Of a stretch of 64,000 bases of DNA, positions 38,580 through 49,789 are shown piece by piece. A program made the translations under genes and the position numbers. Source of the DNA: Azolla caroliniana (Eukaryota > Plantae > Polypodiophyta); the NCBI GenBank assembly GCA_043228905.1, contig JBHGNT010000004.1, positions 496,001-560,000 on the forward strand, in the 5' to 3' direction. The notes beneath the pieces were generated by a model. It searched no databases, was not told the origin of the DNA, and saw nothing but the letters and a program-made list of their open reading frames with translations. Within the stretch, counting starts at the first letter, position 1. Each line of letters opens with the position of its first letter.

Positions 38580-40100
38580 GAGGTCATGTATCGCAAGGTA
38601 TAATAGACATCCTTGAGGGAGATTTTACAAAGGATGAGATGAAGAGAGTGGTGTTGCATTTGTCAAATGATAAAAGCCTTAGTTTGGATGGACTTACGAA
38701 TGTATTCTTTAAGATGTACAGGAATTGATGAGACCAATCAAAATTAAATTTCAACAAGATTGGAATTTAGGGTACATGCCATAATCATGGAAGATTGATT
38801 TGATAATTGTGTTGCCTAAGAATTCCATGTCCATTGTCTTTTTCTCAATGGCGACCTATTTCTTTATGGGAGCGAGTGTGCAAATTATTTGCTAAGGTCA
38901 TTACTAATATGTTACAGACATATTTTTCTGCAATAATTCAGAAATCACAACATGGATATATATCATGGATGGGTATTCTATGTAATATTCTAAATGTACA
39001 TACGACTTTGCGAAGGAGGAGACCAAACAAGGGTTGGTCATGGTACCCTTAGATCTAGAAAAGGCTTATGATAATTTGAATTAGTCATCTGTGATGGAGT
39101 TAATTGTTCATATGGAATTTGGTGAATGCATGCCACCAATGATATATACATTGGAGGAGGGTTCTATTTTTCATGTCATGCCTAATGGAGGAATTGCCCA
39201 ACCCAATCCACTTTTGAAAACAACTTAGCAAGAATGCCCATTATGTTTGTTACTAGAGATAGAGAGTTGGTAGGACTTTCATTACCATCAAGGAAATTGT
39301 GCATTGAACAAGCATTAGTTGATGGTCACGTTTTTAGGAGTCTTGCAATAAAATATTATGAAGGCTCTACAAGTGCGGGAGTTGTTTTATGCAGCCTTGG
39401 AGTTAAATATTAACATGCACAAATTAGTTCTCATTTCATGTAGATATAGAAATTTGGAGAAGGTTGGATGGATAGAATGGTAATACTACATGGTATTATT
39501 CGTTATTTATCCTATTGGTTAGGACGCATCTAATGCGAAATCCCATATTGGATATTTGAACGAATTGCAAACAAAATTATGTATTGGAGATCACAAGCTT
39601 GGTTTTATCATGTTCGACTACAAGTGGTCAAATCAAACATTATTACTATGATCTATCCTATTATTTACCATTTTTGCCATGGTCTAAAAAGGTTATTGGT
39701 GAGTTAGTAACCTTAATGTGGTTCACATTAGGGAAGAGGACAAAACATTGGGAGTGGCATGCAAACATATTTGTACTCCAAAATGTCTTAGTGGGGTAGA
39801 ACTTTTAAATTTATACAAACTAGTGGCTCAAAGGTTCTCATTTCTTAAGTATATATTTTAGGGACAATCATTATGGAAAAAAATGGTTGCTTACTTTAAT
39901 GACAAAGAAGGTAACGAGCATGGAAAGGTAAAGCTTGCAACGTCTTGGTGCCATGTGGTAAATAGTGATGGACATATTAAATGTGTGAGGGTATTGATAA
40001 CTCAACATTTATTGGCCTCATGGCTAAATGCCTAGGGTATTTTAGAGTGGCTTCTTCACACAAGGGTTTTTTTTCTTTTCTTTTCCAAAACAAAATATCC
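38580..40100 (+). pseudogene. Highly degraded L1-like LINE ORF2 (RT)
   Basis: FTKDEMKRVV...KSLSLDGLTNVFFK, WRPISL...KLFAKVI and LDLEKAYD motifs, broken by many stops. Confidence 0.75.
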
Positions 40101-41032
40101 TTCCATTAGTTTTAAAAAACCTATCAAGTACAAACTACAAAAGAGATGAAAAAGACTATCCCAATGACTAGCCATGGATCCTATCACCTACTTTCATCAT
40201 ACCAGAAAATGACATCATAATAATTAGACACCTTACACAGGCCTTCAAGGATAGAGTTGTATAGCATCCTCATTCTTATCCTACTCAATATATACCAATA
40301 ACATGGCAAGCCGTTGTCGAGGTATTCCTCGCGGATGCGTGGAATGAGGCGGGGACTCGGGGGTCTTGTACCGAAGAGCAAGAGACAAAGGAGAAGGGAA
40401 GGGACCCACTACGTGCGAGCGTAGATCCACAGGGACACGGCCCTTCGACACAAAGACGCGAGCGGGAAACCGACACAGAGAGACACGAAGGTATGTATGT
40501 ATATATTAACAGAGACGAACAACAAGAAGCACGAAGTCGATTACAACCGAACAGGCCGACGAACAGATGCCGATGCCTGTTCGTAAACGCTCAGAAAGAA
40601 AGGAGTAGGTTGGAGGTGCTGCCGGAAGCACTCGGGCATTCCTCAGAGCAGCGCGAGCCTCCCCGAAACCCTGCACAGAAAGAACCTATGGAGTATGGAA
40701 GAGAGAGAAGCCTTCGGTCCACAACCCGACAACACTTCATCCTCTCTCCGCGCGATACCCCCCTCCTCCTCGTCTCCCTCCTTTTATAGGCAAGAAAGGA
40801 GCCGTTTCCCATTAACTTCCTACCTAACGAATCTACCTACCTCGGATCTTCTATGTACCTAATTCTCTCTTATGTACTACATAAGACGCACGTGCATGAA
40901 GAGCCGGTTCCTACGCTTCGGTGCACCGATTCCGCTTGTGGACGGTTTTCTTCACGACATCCGCCCCCACCTAACTGCACATCCACCGGCATGCGCCAAA
41001 TTGAGTTGGGACGAAGAAAACCGGTCCAGCCT

Positions 41033-44000
41033 TCATTCCCCGCCCGTCGGTTCTTCCTCGGTTTCGGATCGTTCGTCGTCATGGTCCAGGTTAACCGGAT
41101 CCGGCTCGTCGTCGTGACGCTTCTTGAACGCTTTGATCCGCTTCCCAGCTACCTGTATCGCCATTCTCGTGCCGTCGAGCTCTACCAGATGGTACATCCC
41201 GTTGTCATTGGCGCTTTGTACCACGTAAGGCCCGAACCACCTTCTTGCGAACTTCCGTGTCGCTCGGTGCTGGTTGTCGAGGCTGCTATCGTAGACTAGC
41301 ACCCAGTCGCCTTCCTTGATCTTCTTTGGTCGGAACCGATGCGTTCGGTCGAACCGGGCTTTGTTCCTCGTCCTTGCCACCCGAAGCTTTCCCGCAGCCT
41401 GCTCCACGTCCTCCGGTCTTCGCTCGAGCTATCATATGCGCGCCGCCAACAGTTCCTCCCGGCTCATCTCGTCTTTCCAGTCCACGGTTGCCCATGAGGA
41501 GATCGTACGTTCCATCGGCATGATCGGCTTCTGCCCAAACATGAGCTCTGCCGGCATGAATCCGGTTACCGAACTGTGCGTAGTTCGGTCCGCCCACAAC
41601 GCGTAAAGCAACAACCACGGCCAGTTCCCGACTTGACCTCCGCATGCCCGTACTAACGCCTTGACGATCGGTCCGTGTCCGCGCTCCACCTTCCCATTCG
41701 CCTCCGGATTGTACGCAGTGGTAAGCGAGAGCTTGACTCCTAGCCGGTCGAACAGCTCCTCGGCCTCTTCGGCGTCCAACTCCCCGCGATCAGCCACGAT
41801 CTTCCCGACGCACCCGTACCGGCATATCACGTCCTCGATCAGGAACCGACATACGACCGCAGTCGTTTTGTTCTGAAGGGCTCGGCCTTCCACCTGGTTC
41901 GTCAGATCTTCCCGAGCCAGGACCAGATACCGCATCTGTCCTACTCCCATCGGCATCGTCACCATATCAACCATCCATTTGAAGTGGATGGTCGGAGGGT
42001 ACATAGGGTGAAGCTCATCCCGATGTCGGACTATGGAGTGCACCTGACAGCTCTCGCAAGTTGTCACGAACCGATGCACGTCCCGGTACAGTCCCAGCCA
42101 CCAGTACTTCCCCTTTATCTTCTCGAACGTCGCCCACGTTCCACGATGTCCAGCCCAAGGGCTGTCGTGGTAGGCCGTCAGCAGCTCCTCCTGTTCTTCC
42201 TTCATCGCCACCACTCGGAGCGGGACGCCGTTCCTCTTCTTCAGGTGCTTCCATAAGTATCCATCCCGGAGAAAGAATCGGTATGCTTTCTTCCGGATCC
42301 GGTTGGCCTCGTCCCTCGTCCACGACGCATCCGGCGTCATTGTCCTCAAGAAACCACCGATCTGGAGCCACTCGCCGTCGTACTTGCTCTCGTCGAAGCC
42401 GTTAAGCGCCGGAGTGCTCGTCCCATCGGTCGTTACGTACACTGCCTCGAAGAAGTCCACGCCGACTTCTTCGTCCTCCGAAACCATGCCGCCCTCGTCA
42501 TCAAACCTCGCCCTCGAAAGCATGTCGGCCATGGCGTTGTCCTTTCCGGAAATGTGTTGTATTTCCGGGTCCAGGGACTTGATGTATGCTATCCACCTGA
42601 GCATCGCCAAGTCCGGTGTCGCGCATCTGGAAACCATGCCGAGAATTGGGAGGCAATCCGTCTCGATAATCACTTCTGTCCCGATCAGGTAGTCTTTGTC
42701 GGCCTTTACTGCCGAAACGATACCCTAGAGTTCGCGTTTAACATAGGCGTACCCTCGTTGTCGCTCATTGAGGACCTTCGCGCCGAATCGGATCGGGAAC
42801 CAAATGCCGTCCTCGTCTTCTTGGTTGACGACCCATCTGATCCCGGTCGGACTCGTATCCACTGTTATGTATACCGGGGCACCCTTCTCGTAGACAGCCT
42901 TCCGGAGCGCCGGTGCTGCCGCAAGAGCTTCCTTCAGCTTCCGGACCGACTCCGTGTGCTCGTCTCGCCACTCGAATTTTCGTCCTTTCTTCAGCAACCC
43001 GTATAGCGGCTCCGCAACGTGGGCGTAATGCGGGATCCATATGTGGTAGAATGCGCACTCCCCCAGGAACCTCCGAACTTCCATAACCGAGCTACAGTCG
43101 GTCTTCATCGCGGAGATGGCTTCTACTTTTGCCGGAGACGGCTTTCGGCCATATGGTCCGCATAGGTGTCCGACCACCAGGATTTCTGATTGCCCGAAGG
43201 CCGATTTCTCCCCGGAGAAGGTGAGCCTCGCATCCTCTAGCCTTTGTAGCACCTTCTCGCAGTCGTCGATGTGTGTTGCCACGAATCGCCGGCATCCGTC
43301 CGGCCCGACTGTCTCGTCCTTCTCTTCCACCGAGCACCCCTTTATCGGGATGTCGTCCAGAAATGGCATGGTGATGTCCGGGATGCAATCCCTCAGTACC
43401 TTGTTCATTGCATTCACCATGTGGGCCACCGAGTTGGTCCCTCCTTGTGGCAGGGTACACATTCGCACTAGGCCGAGGGGAGTTCGCATCGTCGTAATGT
43501 CTCTGCTCTCCACGGCTAGCTGGAACTGGTCGTACCCCGAGTACAGATCACGGCCCGACTGTCTCGTCCTTCTCTTCCACCGGGCACCCCTTTATCGGGA
43601 TGTCGTCTAGAAATGGCATGGTGATGTCTGGGATGCAATCCCTCAGTACCTTGTTCATTGCATTCACCATGTGGGCCACCGAGTTGGTTCCTCCTTGTGG
43701 CAGGGTACACATTCGCACTAGGCCGAGGGGAGTTCGCATCGTCGTAATATCTCTGCTCTCCACGGCTAGCTGGAACTGGTCGTACCCCGAGTACAGATCA
43801 CGGACCGAGTAAATCGACCTTCCGGCGAAGGCCTCCGCGAACTCGTCTATGGTCGGTCCGATTCCTGCGTTCCGAATGGTCACTCTGTTGACCGGCTGCA
43901 GGTCTTGAATGAAGCGCAATGTTCCGTTTTTCTTTGGTACGGTAAACCATTGGTTCGAGTATGGGGCACTCGACGGTTCGAGAATGCCCATATCGACTTT

Positions 44001-44245
44001 CTGCCTCAATAGCTCCATCAACTTCGGGATGTGAGCTCTCGGTACTGGAATCGGCTTGAGATTCCACGGCACATGCGGTACCGTGAATATCACCATTGGC
44101 TCCACGATTGTCGGGTCTACGCACCCGATCTCTTCCGGTGAGAATGCGAAGGCTTTCCCGTGCCTTCCGAGCATTCTCCGAAACCGGTCTTCCTCCGCCG
44201 GCAGTAAGAACCCGCCCCCACCGATTTTGAGCTCCTGGAGCGTCC
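41033..44245 (-). pseudogene. Gypsy pol pseudogene (RT, RNase H, integrase)
   Basis: ORF pieces 44174-43548, 43513-42725, 42673-41432 and 41407-41033 are separated by a 250-bp duplication and in-frame stops. Confidence 0.9.
43301..43800. repeat. 250-bp tandem duplication inside the Gypsy RT
   Basis: CGGCCCGACTGTCTCGTCC... at 43301 and 43551. Confidence 0.95.
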
Positions 44246-47200
44246 TGTCGAATACAAGTGTATAATGGACGTATTCACACTATCCCTTTGTATAGATCAA
44301 GTTTGGGCCATTTGTGTAATTAGCATAAATGGTAGTTGCCCTAAGTCGGTCACTATATATAGTGACCTTGTAACCTTTTTGTAAGGTTGGTTGTATTATT
44401 GTTTTCTATTGAATAGAAAGAGTCTTTTGTGCCTCCTCTCTCTCTCTCTCTCTCTCTCTATCTCTGTGCACGATCTTGGAAACTGTTATACGCAGGTACT
44501 CAACCCCATTCGAATTCTACTTGATCTTCCGCATTGACGGCCTTGTCTTCAACATCTGGTATCAGAGCCTGCACAATATTCGGTCCTTCATCCCGCTGTC
44601 GGCCGTCGTCTCAGCCTGCACAGCACTCGGTTTCTTGCGTCATTCGAAGAAGAGAGAAGAAGAAGAAAAACGAGGCTTGCATCTCATCGCGTTAGATCAT
44701 CTTCGCTTGGAGTAAGCCAGCCGGTTGTACTCTGTTCCTTGTGATCGTAACCGCTCGAGGTGAAATCCCCTTGTGCAACATTGACACGATCGTGCTCCAC
44801 TCGGTTAAACGGCATCCGAAGAGGTCATCAAACGCTGCTCGCCGCTCATTGTGACCACTCGGTGCAGATCGGTCTCAAGACAACAACCCAAATTCGTGCT
44901 TCATCCGGCTGATCGACATTCGGGAGGATCAGTTGGATCCGTCTCTCTCGTCGCTGCAGTCACCCGAAGCAGAATCGGTCCAGACAATCGGTTTCAATAA
45001 TCGGTATTTGGCATATATATTCGGAAGCGAACCGGGCTCACTCCGACTCGGCAACATTCGGGAAGACCAGTCGGTTCTGTCCCTCAAGTTACCGGAGTCA
45101 ATTCGAGCAAGTTCAACAATACATATATCCGAAGCCGAACCGACTCGGGTCCAAATCCGACTAGAACGATATCGGGTGAGCCAACCGGCTGCACTCCAAC
45201 AAGGTTCGTAGTCAACTCCGAACCGAGCTTCGTCAACCGAAACCAAATTTGATGGCATCAACATCCGGCTCGTCAGAAATGAGTCTACGAAAGTTCGATG
45301 GATCGAACTTCAACTTCTGGAAGGAGCAAATGCAGGACTATCTCATAGTCAAGGGGCAAATCGATCCCATCGAAAATGAAGAACCTCCAGAAGGATACAA
45401 ACCAATTGAGTGGCAGAAGCTGGACAGAATCGTCCGCGCCACGATTCGGATGCACCTATCGGAATCGGTATACTTTACGGTGCAATCGTGTACGACAGCA
45501 TTCGAACTGTGGAAAACACTGTCAGACACTTACGAAAAGAAGGTCGCTGCAACAAAGATGTTTCTGATCCGGCGCCTCTACAACTTGCGGATGAAAGAAT
45601 CAGATTCGGTTCAAGCACATCTCAATGAGTACGAAAGCATAAGCTCCCAAATCTCCTCTCAGGGGACGGCAATCGAGGATGAACTCAGAGCAATGATACT
45701 CATGAGCAGCCTTCCCTCATCATGGGAAACTTTCGTCACAACCGTGTGCAACGCGTCAACCACGGCTGTCAAATACTCCGAAGTCACGAGCGCAATCCTG
45801 ACCGAAGCAGCTCGGAGAAAGTCTTTCGCCAAAGACTCAACAGACGACGCTTATGTAGTACAAGGTTCGACAGACCGATCGAACATACGAGGAAGAGATT
45901 CCTCACGGCAGCCGAACAATCAGCGAAGACGGAGCCAGTCACGGGATAATCGAATCTACAACTATTGCAAGAAACCCGGACACATCAAAGCCGACTGCCG
46001 CGCACTCAAGAACAAGAACGACAAGTCTCAGAAATCAGACAAGAAGAGTGGCCGGCATGAGGAGATCAATTACGTCAGCTTCTCAGCTGATGTGCTACCA
46101 AACGACCCGAATATACTATCAATCGAAAATCCAGTCGGATCAGAAGTTCTGCTCACGACTGAAGAATCGAGCACATGGCTCTTAGATTCCGGCGCGTCAT
46201 TTCACGTGACTCCTCATCGATCCCAATTTCGGCAATATACGATCCGTCACTCCGACTCAGTTCGAGTCGGCAACTCGCAACACTGTGACATCATTGGAAT
46301 CGTCACAGTAGAGCTCAACCTTGCAGGTGGCTCTACACTTGTACTTCACAATGTCCGACATGTACCCGAGCTCTCAAGGCCATTGATCTCAGTCGGACAA
46401 CTAGATGAAGACGGCATTCGTGCCGGTTTTTCTTCGGGAGGGTGGACACTCCACAGGGGGAACCTCCTGCTTGCTAGAGGACCCAAGATACACTCACTGT
46501 ATCCGTTGCACGTTACGCTCAGAGAGGGTAACCTGTTTTTGGTGGATATTCCTGTGTCATCACTATGGCACAGAAGATTAGGACACACCTCAGCAAGGCC
46601 GGCATTACGCACCTATCTAGAGCCGGATACATCCCTAAACTCTCCTTCTCGGACCATCAATTCTGCGAACGCTGCCAGTATGGCAAACAAGCAGCCGCAT
46701 CACACCCGACATCAGCACCAAGAGAAACGAGACCTCTCGATTTAGTCCACTCGGACGTCTGTGGCCCAATGCCGCATCAGTCTCTCGGCGGTGCCTCTTA
46801 CTTCGTCAGTTTTATTGACGATTCGACTCGCAAGGTGTGGGCTTATCCAATTCGCACCAAAGATCGTGTCTTCTCGATCTTCTCCGATTGGCTCGCTATG
46901 GTAGAAAATCAAACTGACCGAAAACTGAAATGCTTTCTGACCGACAATGGGGGAGAGTTCAAATCAGAAAAATTCGTCAAATTCTGCCGACAACGCGGCA
47001 TCCGACGTGAATTTACGGCACCACACAGTCCGGAGCAAAACGGGATTGCAGAACGCATGAATCGGACAATCCAAGAACGGATAGTTTCCATGCTCCAACA
47101 CTCCGGACTGTCGGATGGCTTCTGGGCAGAGGCTCTACTCACGGCAGTACACATAATCAATATGTCGCCAAGCAGACCTCTAGGACTTCAAATTCCTCAG

Positions 47201-49668
47201 GAACTATGGATCGGCAGTAAGCCGAATTACGACAAGCTGAGGATCTTCGGATGCGAGGCGTACGCCCTTATTCCGAAAGATGATCGCCAAAAACTTGCAC
47301 CTCGGTCCAGGAAATGCATTTTCCTTGGATATGGATCCGACGGCGAAATGGGATACCGACTCTGGGACCCCGAACGCAGACAAATCGGTCGAAGTTCGGA
47401 CGTTGTGTTCAACGAGTCGGCTATGAATCCATCAGGTGAAACACCGATCGAAGTCCGAAGGGTAACATTTTCCGATGTGCCGACCCTTCAAGAAGGCCCC
47501 GCTCTTAACACACGGTCAGCTTCACGGGTAGCTGAACCTTACACTACCGACTCGGACAACTCTGACTCGGCACAGCCGAATGATTCGCTTTCGGACCATC
47601 CGACCTCGATACCCGATGCGACCAGTCCAATCATACCTCGACGATCCGAGAGACTGTCGCAACCTCCGGAGAGGTATTCTCCTGGAATTTTCTTCACCGA
47701 CGCCGGCGAACCGACGTCTTACGAAGAAGCATCGACATCTGTCGATTCAGCCACCTGGCATCTGGCGATGGAGTCGGAAATGCACTCCATTCGGGCAAAC
47801 AAGACTTGGGATCTGGTCAAATTACCTAAGAATCGACGTGCTCTTCCTTGCAAGTGGGTTTATCGACTAAAAGAGACGTCTGATTCAACCACCCCAAAGT
47901 ACAAGGCCAGATTAGTTGCAAAGGGCTTCCGACAAGAATATGGCGTCGACTTCGACGAGATTTTTTCACCAGTGGTGAAAATGACAACCCTTCGTTTTCT
48001 ACTCGGCGTAGTGGCAGCCGACAACTTGGAGCTGATTCAGCTAGATGTCAAAACAGCCTTCCTCCATGGTGATCTTGAAGAGGAAATTTATATGGAGCAG
48101 CCAAAAGGCTTCGTGGCAACTGGCCAAGAACATCTAGTTTGCCGACTCAGGAAGAGTCTATACGGCCTCAAACAGGCACCGCGACAATGGTACAAGAAGT
48201 TCGACGACTTCATCCAATCGATCGGCTTCTCAAAAAGCGATGAGGACCATTGTCTTTTTACCAACACAGCTCAAGATGGATCACCCATCTTCCTCATCAT
48301 TTACGTGGACGACATGCTAATTTCTGGACGCCACGCGGGCGAACTTGCCGATCTCATTCGGCAATTGCGGTTGAAGTTTGCCATGAAGGACCTCGGTCCG
48401 GCACGACACATACTTGGCATGAAGATTAGTCGGCATCGCGATAAACGACATCTTTTTTTGTCTCAGACCGACTATATCGGACGTGTCTTGGAACGCTTCA
48501 ACATGCAATCAGCCAAATCTGCTTCAACCCCGCTCCCCATGAATCTTCGGCTCTCTCAGCGAGACTGCCCGACATCCGGTCCGGAGGGGGAAGATATGAA
48601 GTCGGTATCGTATGCACCGGCAGTCGGCTCCCTTATGTACCTGATGGTCGCGACACGGCCTGATATTTCTCATGCCGTAGGAGTCGTTAGCAGATTTATG
48701 CACAATCCTGGCCGATCGCATTGGAACGCAGTCAAGCATGTGTTCAAATATCTGGCTGGCACAAAAGACCACGGCATTCTTTTCGGTCCGAACTCAACCT
48801 CAGGCGTAGTCGGTTACACCGACTCGGACTTCGCCGGCTGTATAGACAGTCGGAAATCAACAACCGGATACTGCTTCAAATTCGGCAATGGAGCAATTTC
48901 GTGGAAGTCGAAACTTCAGGAGTGCACAGCGACCTCAACGACCGAAGCAGAATATGTAGCTGCGTCCGATGCTGCAAAAGAAGCTTTGTGGCTCGGCCGG
49001 CTGGCGCACACGTTTCGGCAAGTCGACCATGACTCGGCTCCAGTTGTCTATAGCGACAGTCAAGGTGCTGTTGCCTTGTCGAGAAATCCGGTTCACCACA
49101 ACGCCTCCAAACATATCGACGTTCGATATCACTTCGTTCGGGACTGCGTCATTTCAGGGAAAATCGGTCTAGAGAAAATATCCACAACCGACAATGTCGC
49201 AGATGGAATGACCAAGTGTCTTTCGGCAGACCGCTTTCGGTCCCTTCGGCATCAAATGGGCGTAACAACAAACCAGTCCGGTTAGAGCCGGACACAGCGC
49301 AGGATGGTTTCAGACAACCGACATCAGTTCCCTAATGATCGGCTTCAACTCTTCCGACCCGACCAGTCCGGTCTTCTGCCTTCGGACCCTGCCGACTCGA
49401 ACAAAACTGATATGTCCGAGAACCTAGGTTTATACCTGTAATCTTAGATAACCCATGTATACGCCCATTACGGGGGAGTGTCGAATACAAGTGTATAATG
49501 GACGTATTCACACTATCCCTTTGTATAGATCAAGTTTGGGCCATTTGTGTAATTAACATAAATGGTAGTTGCCCTAAGTCGGTCACTATATATAGTGACC
49601 TTGTAACCTTTTTGTAAGGTTGGTTGTATTATTGTTTTCTATTGAATAGAAAGAGTCTTTTGTGCCTC

Positions 49669-49700
<32 letters not shown>

Positions 49701-49789
49701 GTGCACGATCTTGGAAACTGTTATACGCAGGTACTCAACCCCATTCGAATGCTACTTGATCTTCCGCATTGACGGCCTTGTCTTCAACA
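44246..49789 (+). mobile_element. Ty1/Copia LTR retrotransposon, copy 2 (same family as 5226-10625), no TSD
   Basis: LTRs 44246-44554 and 49479-49789 differ by 2 substitutions and (CT)n length; PBS TGGTATCAGAGC at 44557; PPT present. The flanks CGTCC and CAACT do not match. Confidence 0.97.
45249..49285 (+). pseudogene. Copia gag-pol with a +2 frameshift near 46585
   Basis: GGACACACCTC versus GGACACCTC in copy 1 splits the ORF into 45249-46745 and 46565-49285. The first zinc-knuckle Cys is changed to Tyr. RT is complete, including AMKDLG. Confidence 0.92.

Larger units (their letters stand above)
40315..44245 (-). mobile_element. GC-rich non-chromoviral Ty3/Gypsy element, copy A (3' LTR plus pol; 5' half missing)
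   Basis: LTR 40315-40959 with TGTCG...CGACA ends and a purine-rich PPT on the minus strand. Pol order is RT (DLYSGYDQ, LPQGGTNS, FLDDIPIKG), RNase H (VDTSPTG), integrase (HDSPWAGH, CESC, ADRGE, NGKVER). Cut by Copia at 44246. Confidence 0.93.

Noticed and set aside
41286-43812. Many antisense and alternate-frame ORFs in the Gypsy and Copia elements
   Set aside because: Expected shadow ORFs in GC-rich coding DNA; no recognisable domains.
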